Of a stretch of DNA of 64,000 nucleotides, positions 39,991 to 52,900 are shown in pieces. The notes beneath the pieces are model-generated. The model was not told the origin of the DNA, made no database searches, and worked only from the letters and a program-made list of their open reading frames with translations. Made by a program: the position numbers and the translations under genes. The stretch is from the NCBI GenBank assembly GCA_010015585.1, contig ML975154.1; one strand, written 5' to 3'. The DNA comes from Eremomyces bilateralis CBS 781.70 (Eukaryota). Each line of letters begins with the position of its first letter. Position 1 is the first letter of the stretch.

Positions 39991-41576
39991 ATGAGACTCT
40001 CATGTAGATCTATTGCGATTATCGGCGGGGGTCCAGCAGGTATCACGGCAGCAAAGTTCGTATTGCGTGGTACCGTCCCCTATTGAACAAGCTCCTCATT
40101 CCGGCTAGGTATCTAGAGGCCGAACGAATATTTTCGAAGGTCACGGTTTTCGAGCAACGATCGACGGTGGGCGGCGTTTGGAATTACACTTCACAAGAGA
40201 AGACATCGAAACCTGTTCCCGTTCCATCCACTGACGCAAGAGTCGGTGCTGAGAAGCCAGTATGGCGGCAAAAATGTCACAATCCAACTGAAGGTCATCA
40301 AAAGAGCTCGGAGAATGAAGAAGTTTCAGTACCGGAGTCTCATAAAGACGCACATGGCACATCGAACGCTGACCCCGTGTTTGTCAGTCCCATGTACTCG
40401 TCCTTAACCACGAATCTCCCCAAGCAGTTGATGCGATTTTCCGACCACGCGTTCCCCACGACGGCGCAAATCTTCCCTCCGCACGAAATCGTCAAGGACT
40501 ACTTGGCCTCGTACGCAGAAAGCGTGACGGATCGGATCCGTTTTCGGACGCAGGTGATTGACGTATGGAAAGACAATCCAGGGGACGCCCAGTCGCCGTG
40601 GCTCGTCGTGTCTATGCCGTTGGACACGGGGAAAATAGTGCGCGAGGAGTACGATGCCGTGATCGTTGCCTCGGGGCACTTTGCTACGCCGTTCATCCCG
40701 AACTTGCCCGGCATTGAGGAGTGGCAGGAGGTGCATCCGGGGACGATATACCACTCGAAATACTACGATCAGCCCCAGGAGTTTAAGAAGAATCGAGTTT
40801 TGGTCATTGGAGCGAGCGCTTCGGGACTTGATATCGTCGGTCAAATCGCGTCGGTAAACGAGAGGAGCGTTTTGCTGGCGTCTAATCATCCCCTCGATAA
40901 AGTCCCGATTAGATTCAAGGATAATACTACGACCCATGCGGGACTCGTGTCCGTAGATCCCGTGGGCAGAACGGTGAGGTTCTCAGATGGCGAAGAAGCG
41001 AAGGATATCGATGTTCTACTCTTCGCAACAGGCTATCTCTACACCCTTTCCTTCCTCTCCAGGCTGGATCCGGCGGCCATCACTCCCGCAGGGCGGCGGG
41101 TTCAGAGGACCTTCGAACACCTATTCTACTGGCCCGACCCGACGCTTTCCTTCCTCGCGTTGCCTCAACGCGTGGTGCCTTTTCCCCTATCGGAAGCGCA
41201 GGCTTCCGTAGTGGCTCGAGTCTATGCAGGCAGATTGGACACCCCAAGCCAGGAGGCGATGAAGAAGTGGGAAGACGATAGGATCGAGCAGCGAGGGGAA
41301 GGGGAGTCTTTCCATCTGATGCCCTTCCCTGAGGACTTGGAGTATATCAACCAAATGGTGGATTGGGCGGCACATGCGGATAAACGGGAGGGCTTGGAAA
41401 ATGATGGGTTGGGGAAGCAGGCGGAGCGGTGGGAGGATAGGCAGCGGTGGATGAGGGCAAATGTTCTCGGACTCCGGAAAGCCTTTGAGGCTAAAGGGGA
41501 AGAGAAGGGTTCATACACTAACCTTAGTGAACTCGGCTTAGAAGACGAAGGGAATGGGAGCATTGTTGGAGGCTGA
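39991..41576 (+). CDS. FMO1: Flavin-containing monooxygenase (thiol-specific Fmo1-like)
   Basis: IAIIGGGPAG (FAD), FEQRSTVGGVW, SPMY..L.TN, VASGHF, HSKYY, VIGASASGLD (NADPH), FATGY. Intron about 40056-40108. Confidence 0.88.
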
Positions 41577-41648
41577 GCTTCCATAATCTTAGAAACATGC
41601 TCTCATTCTCTAGCTGATAAATGCAATTCGGCTCGTGGTAGTCGGGAA

Positions 41649-42464
41649 TCATGACTCGTCGTCGTTCTCCTCCGCCACTCTCTCCACCTTCTTCCCACCA
41701 CCCGCAATCAGATCCAAAAAGCCCTGCTTGCTCATCTCCGTCACCTTCTCCTCCCTGTTGCCAATCCCAATCACCCCCTCCTCCTTCGCCTGCCTCGACG
41801 CCTCCTCCCCCTTAAGCTGCGCCGCCCTTACCGCGTTGAACAACTTAATCACACCCCTCTGTGCGATCCTCTTGAGCGCCTTCTCCCTCTGCAAGATGTC
41901 ATGCGTCGACACATCCGTCGAATCCAGCCCCATCACATCCTTCACCCTTCCCCGCTCCCGCGCGGCCTTCTTCTCGGCGCGCATCTTCTCGCGCGCTTTT
42001 ACTTCCAGCTTAGCGTCGAGGACGGCGTGGGACGCGGTAGTCGCGTCCTTGCTGCGGGAGAGGACGGGGTCGGTGCGTTTGGTGGTGGTGAGTTTGGAGC
42101 TGAGGATCTTGGACATGGAAGTCGCGAAGGCGCCGGGGTCGTTGCGTTTGCGCTTCTTGCGGGCGCTCGTGGTGGAGGCGTCGGATGCGTCCGAGTCGAA
42201 GTCACTGCCGGCTTCGCTTCCGAAGTCATCATCGCCCTCCTCTTCCTCCTCTTCGGCTATATCTTGAATTTCATCGTCGGAATCTTCGGCTGCCTCCTTG
42301 GTCTTTGAAGCTCTTGATTTCGGGCCTGTTCGGGTCTCATCGTCTTCGTCTTCGCTGGAGCTATAATATGCGAATCTTTGTCGTTTCGGTTTCTTTAGGA
42401 TCCCTTTTACGGGTTTTTGAGAGCCCGTGTCTGGTTGTTTGCGTTTCAGAGTGCTTGGGGCCAT
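41649..42464 (-). CDS. RRP15: Ribosomal RNA-processing protein 15
   Basis: KRKRNDPGAFATSMSKIL, DPVLSRS, EKALKRIAQRGVIKLFNAVRAAQ, EMSKQGFLDLI. Confidence 0.88.
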   Translation of the reverse strand: MAPSTLKRKQPDTGSQKPVKGILKKPKRQRFAYYSSSEDEDDETRTGPKSRASKTKEAAEDSDDEIQDIAEEEEEEGDDDFGSEAGSDFDSDASDASTTSARKKRKRNDPGAFATSMSKILSSKLTTTKRTDPVLSRSKDATTASHAVLDAKLEVKAREKMRAEKKAARERGRVKDVMGLDSTDVSTHDILQREKALKRIAQRGVIKLFNAVRAAQLKGEEASRQAKEEGVIGIGNREEKVTEMSKQGFLDLIAGGGKKVERVAEENDDES

Positions 42465-42762
42465 TTTGTGCTCAATTGTTTTGGTGAATTGATATGTTTC
42501 CCTGAAAACTCAAGATGGGAAGCAGCGACTGAGCGAAGTATGGAAATTTTGATGCCAAGGATGATTACCCCTGTAGCGCCAAGATCTCGCCCCACTATCA
42601 ACATTTGACGCACCTGACATCTCGACCGTCAACTGAACAGAAGTTCCGTGTCAACTTGGCATGTCCCGCTCTCATCCCACTTCACTTCAGATACCTGTAT
42701 CTCGTGCACCCCGTGCCAGATGAAGTGATATACTTCTACCTATTTAAGGAACAGTCGCAAAT

Positions 42763-44403
42763 ATGGTGCTTTCAAGCCTCGGGCAGCGGATCAGCTCCGC
42801 TGTCTCGGACTTGACCAGAGCACCAACTTTGGATGAGAAGGTACTGACCGCATAACTACGATTATTCTAACGAGGTTCTGACATATTCTAGGCTTTCGAT
42901 GGAATGGTCAAAGAGATCTGCAATGCCTTGATCGAAGCCGATGTCAGTGTCCGACTAGTGTCCGGGCTACGAACCTCGATACGCAAGAAAGTCAACTTCA
43001 AAGAGTTGGGCCAGGGCGTCAATAAGAAGCGCATAATCCAGAAGGCTGTCTTCGACGAACTGGTCAGCCTTGTCAACCCTCATGCCGAGCCGTTCAAACC
43101 GAAGAAGGGCAAACCAAATGTTATCATGTTCGTCGGATTACAAGGTGCGGGAAAGACGACAACGTGCACGAAAATTGCCCGATTCTACGCAGTTCGGGGC
43201 TTCCGATCATGTCTCGTGTGCGCGGATACTTTCCGTGCCGGTGCCTTTGACCAGCTGAAGCAGAATGCGACGAAGGCGAAGATCCCGTACTACGGCAATC
43301 TATTGCAACCCGACCCGGTAGTGGTCGCACGTGAGGGTGTGGAGAAGTTCAAGAAAGAGAGGTTCGATATTATCATCGTGGATACATCCGGTCGACATCG
43401 GCAAGAAGAGGATTTATTCACCGAGATGGTGGATATCCAACGGGCTATCAAACCCGATCAGACAATCATGGTTCTAGATGGCTCAATAGGCCAAGCCGCC
43501 GAAGCGCAATCAAGAGCATTCAAAGAGGCGGCTGACTTTGGGGCGATCATTATTACGAAGACCGACGGTGCCGCCAAAGGCGGTGGCGCCATTTCTGCAG
43601 TGGCTACCACTCACACTCCTATTATCTTCCTCGGGAGTGGCGAGCACCTCCTCGATCTAGAACGGTTCGAACCGGAACGCTTCGTGAGCAAGCTACTTGG
43701 CCTGGGGGATATGGCCGGCTTGGTCGAGCACGTCCAATCGATGAACCTCAACCAGAAAGATACCATGAAACATATTGCCGAGGGTGTCTTCACCGTCCGG
43801 GATCTCCGCGACCAACTCTCTGGAATCATGAAGATGGGTCCCCTATCCAAGATGGCCGGCATGATCCCCGGCCTCTCCAATATGATGCAGGGCATGGACG
43901 ATGACGAAGGCTCCACGAAACTCCGCCGCATGATCTGCATCTGCGACTCCATGACCCTGAAAGAGCTGGACTCGGACGGCCGCATCCTCGTCAACCAGCC
44001 CAGCCGCCAGGTACGGATCGCTCGCGGATCCGGCACCAGCGTCCGTGAGGTAGAGGACCTGCTGACCCAGCATCGGATGATGGCCGGTATGGCGAAGAAG
44101 ATGAAGGGCGGCATGGCGAATATGCAGCGCGCACAGGGTCAGTTGGGTGGGAAGAATAATCGGCAGCAGATGGAGGCCATGCAGCGGAGGATGCAGAGTA
44201 TGGGCGGGGGAGGGATGCCTGGTGGAGCGGACATGGCGAGTTTGATGAAGATGATGGGCGGAGGAGCGGGAGGGATGCCGGGTATGGGAGGCGGTGGGAT
44301 GCCGGATATGTCCCAGCTGATGAAGATGATGGGCGGTGGCATGGGCGGCGGGATGCCCGGGATGCCCGGGATGCCGGGTGGTGGCGGACGGGGGAGGAGA
44401 TGA
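42763..44403 (+). CDS. SRP54: Signal recognition particle 54 kDa GTPase
   Basis: [10 protein letters not shown] start, intron 42841-42892, [38 protein letters not shown] and a Met/Gly-rich M domain. Confidence 0.96.
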
Positions 44404-45774
44404 TCGGCTTTGTCTTGCCCGGTCCAACATTTGTCGGAGTTAGGAGGATGAGTTGGAAATCAGCATCGCATGGCGCTTGGGGTCGCGTTCAGGGGAATTT
44501 CACGCAACACCTCCTGGCTTGGTGTTGGTCATCAGGTTGCGGCTAAAGGGCTCCAAGACGTCTATATAGATGGAGGCCCTATTATCTACGTCTGATTTTC
44601 ACGTTGATCGCGGTCATCGACCTTGCTGTAGTAGATCCCTAAGTCGGCTACATCGTACAGCATCAATCTATATTTCCTAACCGGAGGTGGACAAGACTGG
44701 TCTACCAAAGCTGTTGTCTGGGTCATGCATGTGCTTCCTAAATGCTGTGACCACTGATCCAGTTATTCCAGTGGAATGTACTAGGGTAGCGTGGTGCCTA
44801 AATATCCAACATAATATATGTTGGGATACCGCAGCAATGGAGCAAACTCACCGACCACTGGGCCCAGTCTTGAATACGCAAACTTAGTCCGACCACGATG
44901 GCTGAGCGTTAGAGCTTACGCCGTAACGTTGTAGCTTAAAATTTCAATCATATTAAATGAGTTAAATGTATCACAATTGTGGGAGTTTTCAGCGGTATCG
45001 GATGCTGGCGTTACTCTAGCAGTAGATAGGTACTCTGCTATTTTTACCGATAATATGGTTCAGCAATCAGCGTGCGGAGTAGTTACACGCTCACTTGCTC
45101 ACTCCCTCAGTAAGTCGGGCATAGCAGCGGGACGCCCGCTCTGGAACGGATGATCGACGGCTTCATATTCCCCTTTCGTGATCCGAAACGTTTGATGGAC
45201 ACGACCATCTCTACTGGTTGTGATGCAATCATACAACCGCTCGGCATTGGACGCTATACATCACTACGTACGTAAACCGGCCGGTCACAGGCTCACAGTT
45301 TACAACCCCCATCCGATCAATGTTCATCGATCAATGTTCATTCTGCTGTGCCCTCCCGCCTCCATTCTGTGAATAGGCTAGGATGAGTGGTCGGATCCGA
45401 CGTTGACGACTTTGTTGTGGACCTAATGCAGTGTCCCGCATTGGCAAGTCCGACTGTCCATCTCATATAATCGGGATATAGGGAAATGGGGGCCGCAACG
45501 GAAATGACCCGGAGGCAAGGGCCGCATCGAATGCCAAAGGGGCCATGTTTGAACCACTGTTAAGGTAACTTACCCATAATACGAAGGTTCATGGCCCCTT
45601 GCATATAAAGGTGAGAATCTGAGCACATTCTGCGCCGCACCTGATTGCATTTCACTTCTTTCTCGCCTTCCTCCGTTCAACAGACACCAATATCAAGAGC
45701 TTACGACCTCACACCTCACACCTCACACGATCCCATCATTGCTTGACTTGAGAAATCAAGAACATATCGTGGCC

Positions 45775-47509
45775 ATGGTCTCCGACACTGCCCGAAAAGA
45801 GATCACGACCATTTTGTCGGCCGATGAGGTCATCCACCCGTCGTCCGAAGATGCCTTCGTCACCGAAACCAAGACTTGGTCAGCGGGAGCGAACCGAAAG
45901 CCAGGCCTCGTCGTCCGCCCGGCCAACCTCACGTCGCTGCAGAAGATCGTAAAGTACTTGTGTGATTCGGATTTGGAGTTCGCCGTCCGGTCCACGGGAA
46001 CCGGCGATGCTACCGCGCAGGATGTCGTCATCAGCCTGAGTGCGTTCGACGATGTTCAGTTTGATGAGGAGAAGATGGAGGTGCTCTTGGGGGCCGGGCA
46101 GGAGTGGGGAAGCGTGTATCCCAAGTTTAAGGATATCGCTCCTGGCTATGCGGGTAAGTTGTCATGGTTTCTAAATGGAAGCCAATGTCGAGCTTTTCAG
46201 TTTGCGTCTGGCTTGGTCATGTCCATATTACATTCCTTGGAATCAAGTCTAACAAGTGGAAGTTCCCGGTGCTCGGCAACCATTCGTTGGTGTCGGTGGT
46301 TCAATCCTCGGGGGAGGCGTCTCATGGCTCTCCATGGAGCATGGCTTGATTTCCAATGCCAAGAACCTTCTGGATGCTCAAGTTGTGCTCGCGGACGGAA
46401 GTGTAGTCTGGGCCTCTAGTGAGCCGGACCTGATGTGGGCGATTCGAGGTGGAGGCGGAAACTTTGGAGGTAAGACTCCCTAAACGTATCATGGCCAAAA
46501 CACCTCTAAATTTGAAGCAGTCCTGGTCAATGTGAAGCTTCGGGCATACAAGGAAGACAAGCCGGTCTTCTTTGGGCCGGTCCTCTATCCAGAATCGTCC
46601 ATCGAGGCAATTTCCAAAGCTGTCGCCGACTTCATTCCTAAAAACAAGGATCCCAAGGTCGCCATCATGGCGTTTGCGACGGAGCCCAACTCACCCCTCT
46701 TCCCCTTCCCCAGAGGGGTTGGACTCCTTCTCTATGATGCCAATGGCGAGGATTCGGGCCGAAAGAACTTTCAGTGGGCCTTCGAGATTGAAGGGGCGAA
46801 GCCCATGGTCGGGGAGATGCCGTATTACAACGTGGTCATGGGAAATGGTGAGTGATGCCTCCAATTTATGCTGTACTTGATTGCTCAAATTTTCTCGCAG
46901 CTCAACTCAGTGCTCTCAAGGGGAAAACTTCTACCTTTGGACAAAGTGCTCTCGTCAAGGAAGTCGATCCCGGACTCGTCGCTCGCTGCATGAACTGGTA
47001 CTTTAAGACGATTGAAGAGGACGAAACCTTGGCTCATGGCTCGTACGTGCTCTTTGAACATGCTCAACCGGTACACTAGACCCCTGATTCAAAGGCACAT
47101 TGATTGCTTTACTTACTCTTTAATTTAGGCTTGCTTCGGCTCGTCAGAAGGCAAGTCTGCCTGGCCTTACAACGAACCGGCCCATCTTCTCCAGCTCGGT
47201 GTCGGCTATCTACCAGAATCATCCTGCTCACTCGATACCGCGATGACCGTCCTTGGCGAATCATTTGGCAAGATTGTCCCTGGGATCACAAGTGCAGACT
47301 TCATGCCGAACTTCATCAATCCCAAGTACACTGACATCCCAGCCGTGAGTGCCACTCCATTATCTTAAGAGGTAGCGTGATGCTAAATTTTCCCCTAGAT
47401 TTTCGGCAAGAACTACCAGAAGTTGAGGGAGGTCAAGACCAAATATGATCCGAAGGATAGGTTCTCTAGGGCACTGATGCACATCCCTCCCATATGGGGG
47501 GCAATCTGA
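45775..47509 (+). CDS. FAD-linked oxidoreductase (VAO/berberine-bridge family), no signal peptide
   Basis: PGLVVRP, FAVRSTG, VGVGGSILGGG, DLMWAIRGGGGNFG, FGKNYQKLREVKTKYDP. Five introns inferred. Confidence 0.85.
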
Positions 47510-47869
47510 AGGCAAGAGAATACGGGACGCGGTATCTTGATGGGTAGCTGTAAAGCCAGCTAACTCGGAGAAGAGTCTCGATAGTTGAGATAGCAATCAG
47601 ACTATAGCACAGCACAAATAGTATAATGAAGGTACTAGCAAAGGACATGATTCAAGGTGAAGAGGTATCAAGAGCTACGACAGCTTGCATGCTCCCATGA
47701 TCTCAGTCGTGATGTAAATGGGCTATCAAAGCACTATTGTTTACTTATACAATACAAGCCGCTGCGGCATCAATGCTTGCTCTGCAAGTCACTGCCACTT
47801 CATTCAAACATTGTCAAGCAATTCACAGCTGTCCAACAACCACATCCGGCCCCTTTACACTGAATACGT

Positions 47870-48342
47870 CTAGCGGCTCGTACCATTGGGCAAAAGTCCA
47901 CCAATCAGTCCCGGCAGCAACGGCAAAAGCTATATGGCGATCAGTCTTCCTCGTTCTGTCCCTTCGCAGCTCAAGATAGTCCTTCACTCACCGTACTAGC
48001 CGTGTCAATCAAGCTGTGCGTCTGGTTGACGAACCGCGGTGTCAACAGTGCATCAGCCTGCGTGACGACGTTTCCCAGTTTCCCGACCGTATCACCTATT
48101 CCCCCAACACTGCCCAAAAGTTCTCCGAGTCCTCCCGTATCGCGTCCAGACAGGCCACCCAGTCCTTCAGAACTGCCAGAGAAAAGGTCGATCAGTGGCC
48201 CCGCAGCGTTAATGAGTTGCATGATTTTGGCAAGGTCAAGATTTTCAAGGTCGAACTGTGGCTCTGGATTGGGTTTGGGGTTGGGTGTGGCGAGGATGGG
48301 GGTAGTGAAGAGAAGGGGTGCGAGGAGAGATGAGAAGCGCAT
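47870..48342 (-). CDS. Small secreted Gly/Leu-rich protein
   Basis: Signal peptide MRFSSLLAPLLFTTPILA followed by TPNPKPNPEPQ. GTGAGT donor near 47991 and ACTGA..TAG acceptor give last exon LLPLLPGLIGGLLPNGTSR*. TATATAAA on the minus strand near 48460. Confidence 0.75.
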
Positions 48343-49949
48343 CTTGGGTGATGTTGGATATGATAAATGTTGAACTGGTGAAGAGTCTATGGAGTGACTT
48401 CTATGGACAAGGCGACTGACTGAGAAGATGCACTGACCTTAAGTTGCTGGACATCCTCCTTTATATATCTCCAGGAGTCAATGCCTTGAGCGAGGCAACT
48501 TTGACGGTTCGCTATCAAACCATGAGTTCACAAGACCCGAAAACGCCATGATTCGAACCCTATACCCATCCTCATTCGCCTTTCATTTGCACTCTTAGTC
48601 CTGTCCTGGAACACAATCCATTCAGGCTCACTTCAGCCTGCCAGTGACAGGGACATGTCCATGTTCCTGAAAACAATGACAGCGGTTTCAATTGAACGGT
48701 AGGAAAGGATGAAACAATGGCGTATAATCCTTTGAATACGGTATACAGAAGCTACGATTAACACATGCAAGAAGCTTCTCGTAGAGAGCTGCGAACGATG
48801 CGGTTAGAGAATGTCATCCTTCGCAAATCAAAATAAGAACACACTCCAAAGTTACCAGCCGAAATCGAAGGGCTGGACAATAAAGGCCATTGGTATACTG
48901 ATGATGCCTCTGAAAATGTTACCAATCATGAAAATCCGGCATCACTCGCCTATCTACTAATGGAAACCTAGGAACTCGCTTCGAATGTAACCTTGTTCTG
49001 TCCGGGCCTAGCCGTTTCTCACTTCTTCACAGTCTGATATCACAAGACACAAATGAATTCATCACGTATAGACTAGGGTTCCGGCATCTCAGCCGGACGA
49101 TCAAAATTTGGGAAGCGGGACCGCCTTTGCGAACAGGAAGATGCATGTCAAACGGTCAAACCATGTGGCTCGCCCCTTTCACCAACCGACGAGATCTTTG
49201 CCTTTAGAGTACCCCGGATTTTAGCATATGATTCCTCAAGACACAAAGCTTAATTATTAACTAGTTAATTGCATTGAAGTATTTAATAGCTGCACACCTG
49301 TACCTTATCGTGAAAGCATCCTTAACGGAAGTCCCAGCAATATCTGCACCCGACCTTCAATCACTGTAGTTTCCTTTGGTATATCTGTACCTTCCCTTGA
49401 ACACGTCTTAGGATCTCAGCCAGATCTGGGCCTGACCTTCTAACACTACAGTTTCTCTGGCTATTATATTAGCCTTAACCTTCATTCATTCGATCTAAAC
49501 GCCCTCCCATGTCTATAATGAGTGGTTGCCATCTAACAGAGATTAAGGGCACTCCGCTCTATCCTACACCATCTCCTTCCCGCCTAGCGCATCCATTGTC
49601 GGACGCTGGGACATCCTCTGGGTCTGATAATTAGGTGTCAGCGGAAGCAGAATATACTTCTGCCGATACAGACTAAAGGCAGGGCTCCACCGAGAGGTAC
49701 GATTCACCCCCTCTATACTACTAATAAAGGAACCAAATTCACCACTGATTCTGTCCAGGTATTGCCTCGCTATCCATCATGCTATCGAGATCTTTGTATG
49801 CTCCAAGGGCCGGAGCACCTCGCCACCTACATGCAGCATGGCGCCTGCCCAGGGCGTGGAACTTAGGCGGCTCTGCGAACCTACATGGCAGAGTGCCTGG
49901 TCGATCACAGGATGCTAGGCCAGGTCGATGCGAGCCCAACGTTTGCAAC

Positions 49950-52900
49950 CTATTGATCAACTTTGTCATCGCACTCCCCGTCTTTAGCTGCCGACGTACC
50001 AATATCAAGCTGCTCTGTCTGCCACTGCATCAATATTGCCGAAGAAGAACGAGTGTAAGCGTGATCAACACCTAAGACATGCTTTCGTAGCATGATGCAT
50101 TGTTCCATTAGATGAATAGCATCCAAATCTCGGCCGGTTCCTTTCCACGTTATGGCCAGGTTGGCCATGCTGCTGAGCGTGTGGGGATGGTCCGCTCCGA
50201 GTTTCTTCTTGCGAGTCTCCATTACTTGCACCTCTAGCTCTTCAGTTACGTCCCACCGGCCTTGATTCCAGTACGTTGACGCCAGGTTGGCCATGCTGGT
50301 CAGCGTGTCGGGATGGTCCGCTCCGAGTTTCTTCCTGCGAGTCTCCATTACTTGCGCATCTAGCTCTTCCGCTGCGTCCCACCGGCCTTGTTTCCAGTAT
50401 GTCGACGCCAGGTTGGCCAGGCTGCTGAGCGTGTCGGGATGGTCCGCTCCGAGTTTCTTCTTGCGAGTCTCCATCACTTGCACCTCTAGCTCTTCGGCTG
50501 CGTCCCACCGGCCTTGATTCCAGTACGTCGACGCCAGGTTGGCCATGCTGCTGAGCGTATGGGGATGGTCCGCTCCGAGTTTCTTCTTGCGAGTCTCCAT
50601 TACTTGCACCTCTAGCTCTTCGGCTGCGTCCCACCGGCCTTGATTCCTGTACGTTATCGCCAAATTGCCCATGCTGCTTAGCATGTCGGGATGGTCCGCT
50701 CCGAGTTTCTTCTTGCGAGTCTCTATTACTTGCACCTCTAGCTCTTCGGCTGCGTCCCACCGGCCTTGTTTCCGGTACGTCGTCGCCAGGTTGGCCATAT
50801 TTCTTAGCGTGTCAAGATGATCCGATCCAATTTTCTTCTTGCTCGTCTCCATTACTTGCACCTCCAGCTCTTCGGCTGCGTCCCACCGGCCTTGATTCCG
50901 GTACGTCGACGCCAGGTTGGCCATGCTGGTCAGCGTGTCTGGATGCTCTAGTCCAAGCAACCTCTTCTTCATTTCGAGAACCTGTGTAAAAGGTCCCTCG
51001 GCCTCATTCCATCTTCCGTCTTCGTAGAGACACGTTCCATATCTCCATAGAAGATCCGTTCTATCCTTCCAATTTCTGTCAACCAGATCTGACTCCAGTA
51101 CATAACGCGTATGTGGCAAATATGTTCTCCAAATGCTCCGATTTTTGTGGTCCGCGTCCGGAAACACTTCTTCTAGTCGCGAAATTGCTTTCTCCATTGA
51201 CCGGACAAGTATCCCTTCGTTTCGAAGCCAGTTGCGCGTAGACAAATGCACTAGCCGATGAACATCGACTGCCAGGTCTGCTGGCCGTCTGCTGATGAAA
51301 GAATACGCGTAAAGCGTTCCGATCGCATCCATTTCCTTCTTCCGTGACAGCCCTGGTGGGAACAGAGACAGCGGAATGTCCTTTGGTTCCACACAGGCCA
51401 TGAACGAGAGGTAATCGGCCGCCAGAGCATCACGACGTCGGATCTGCTCGAATGAGATCAGCCATGTCGTGGCTACGGGATTCTTTACGTTGTGGTATCT
51501 TCCAGCATCTTCAAAGTCCTCACTCAGAATATCGATAGTATCTTCTTCTTGCCCTTTGAGGACAGACAGGTACTCTGTTATAGACGTCCCGTTCTCATTG
51601 ATGTACGCTGCTGCTTGAATGATAGCCAGTGGGAGGTACATAAGCTTTGCAAGCAGGTCTGTTGTGTCTGGTCCCCTGCCAAGGTGATCTTTATTGGCCA
51701 AGCTCTTTCGAAGCAGTTGCATTGCTATTTCTTCATCCATCTCAGTCACCTCCACTATATTTTGCGGTGCGAGCTTGACGGCCGTCTTCCGATCACGCGT
51801 AGTGAAGATGATAGAGCCTTGCTTACTGCTCGGGAGATAGTCGATCAATCGGGAAAGCTCTTGCTCCGGTTCCTCTCGAGGTATAGTTTTGGTAATCCAC
51901 ATGTCCAAGTCATCGGCGTTGTCGAACACAAGCAGCCACTGGCTTGCATTATCTATGCTCAGGTATTCTTGGACCAGTTTCTTCACATCTCTTTGCTCTT
52001 GCTCCCAACCAGGAATTCCCAGTTGCCGCGCAACGTGGACGTAGGCTTGATGAAGATTTTCCATGTTCGTTGCCGGTATCCAGATGATCGAGCAGTTTTG
52101 GAATTTTTCCTTCGTCCGAAACAACAGTTCCAGTACCAGCTGAGTCTTTCCTACTCCCCCAAGTCCCGTCACTGCGATCTTCATTGTGCGATCTTTGGCG
52201 AATAGCTTGCCTTCCAACTGAGCGAGTTGCGATTCGCGACCGGTGAAATGGGGGTTTCTTTCAAAAGGTACAATCCAAGGAGCACCTGCTGGGATGAGCG
52301 ATGCTGGGTTCGAAAACTTTCGGATCTTCCGCTGAAGCCGGTCCAATGCATTGTTCCGTCCTTCGCCGTAAATAAGTGGTATGTAGATTTCGAAAATACC
52401 TAGCAGGCAGTATGCAGCATCTTCTCCGATCGTTGTCTCACGTCTTGCTGCCCATGATAGTCGGTCGGCGATGCTGAATTCAGACATAGGATTTCCTCGA
52501 AGAGCATCAATGGCAATCCCGGTTATCTGATGAACTTGTTGCTCTCGCGATTTCTTATCGCCCAAAGGCTCGCCTTTATAGGAGAAGAATTGGACGGATG
52601 ACGGCGCCAGGAGCTCTTGGAGTGTCCACCCTCGCATGAACCATCGGCTGTTTAGGAATGCTGACTCCGCCGTAGATGTAGGATCCTTCGGGTTAGGAAC
52701 ATCTGAAAGATACACGTAGCACCGAGCAGCTTCACGATACCAGCGAAACATAGAGTTAATCGCCGTCGAGAGTTCGGCGCTGCTTGATCGATCGATGCAA
52801 CACGAATCCACCCAGAAGAATAGGAGACCATCTTTCTCCGCTTGCTTTCCACAAAATAGCAGCTTCTTATATCCAGGTTTGTTGATCCCAGTCTTATTGA

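Noticed and set aside
44200..44403. Gly/Met/Pro repeats at the end of SRP54
   Set aside because: Normal low-complexity tail of fungal SRP54 M domains.
48545..48565. B-box-like GGTTCGAATC on the minus strand
   Set aside because: No cloverleaf or A-box could be built, so not a tRNA.
50242..50760. Repetitive alternative-frame and antisense ORFs over the NLR
   Set aside because: Shadows of the 126-bp TPR array. Not a CRISPR array either, since there are no unique spacers and the DNA is coding.
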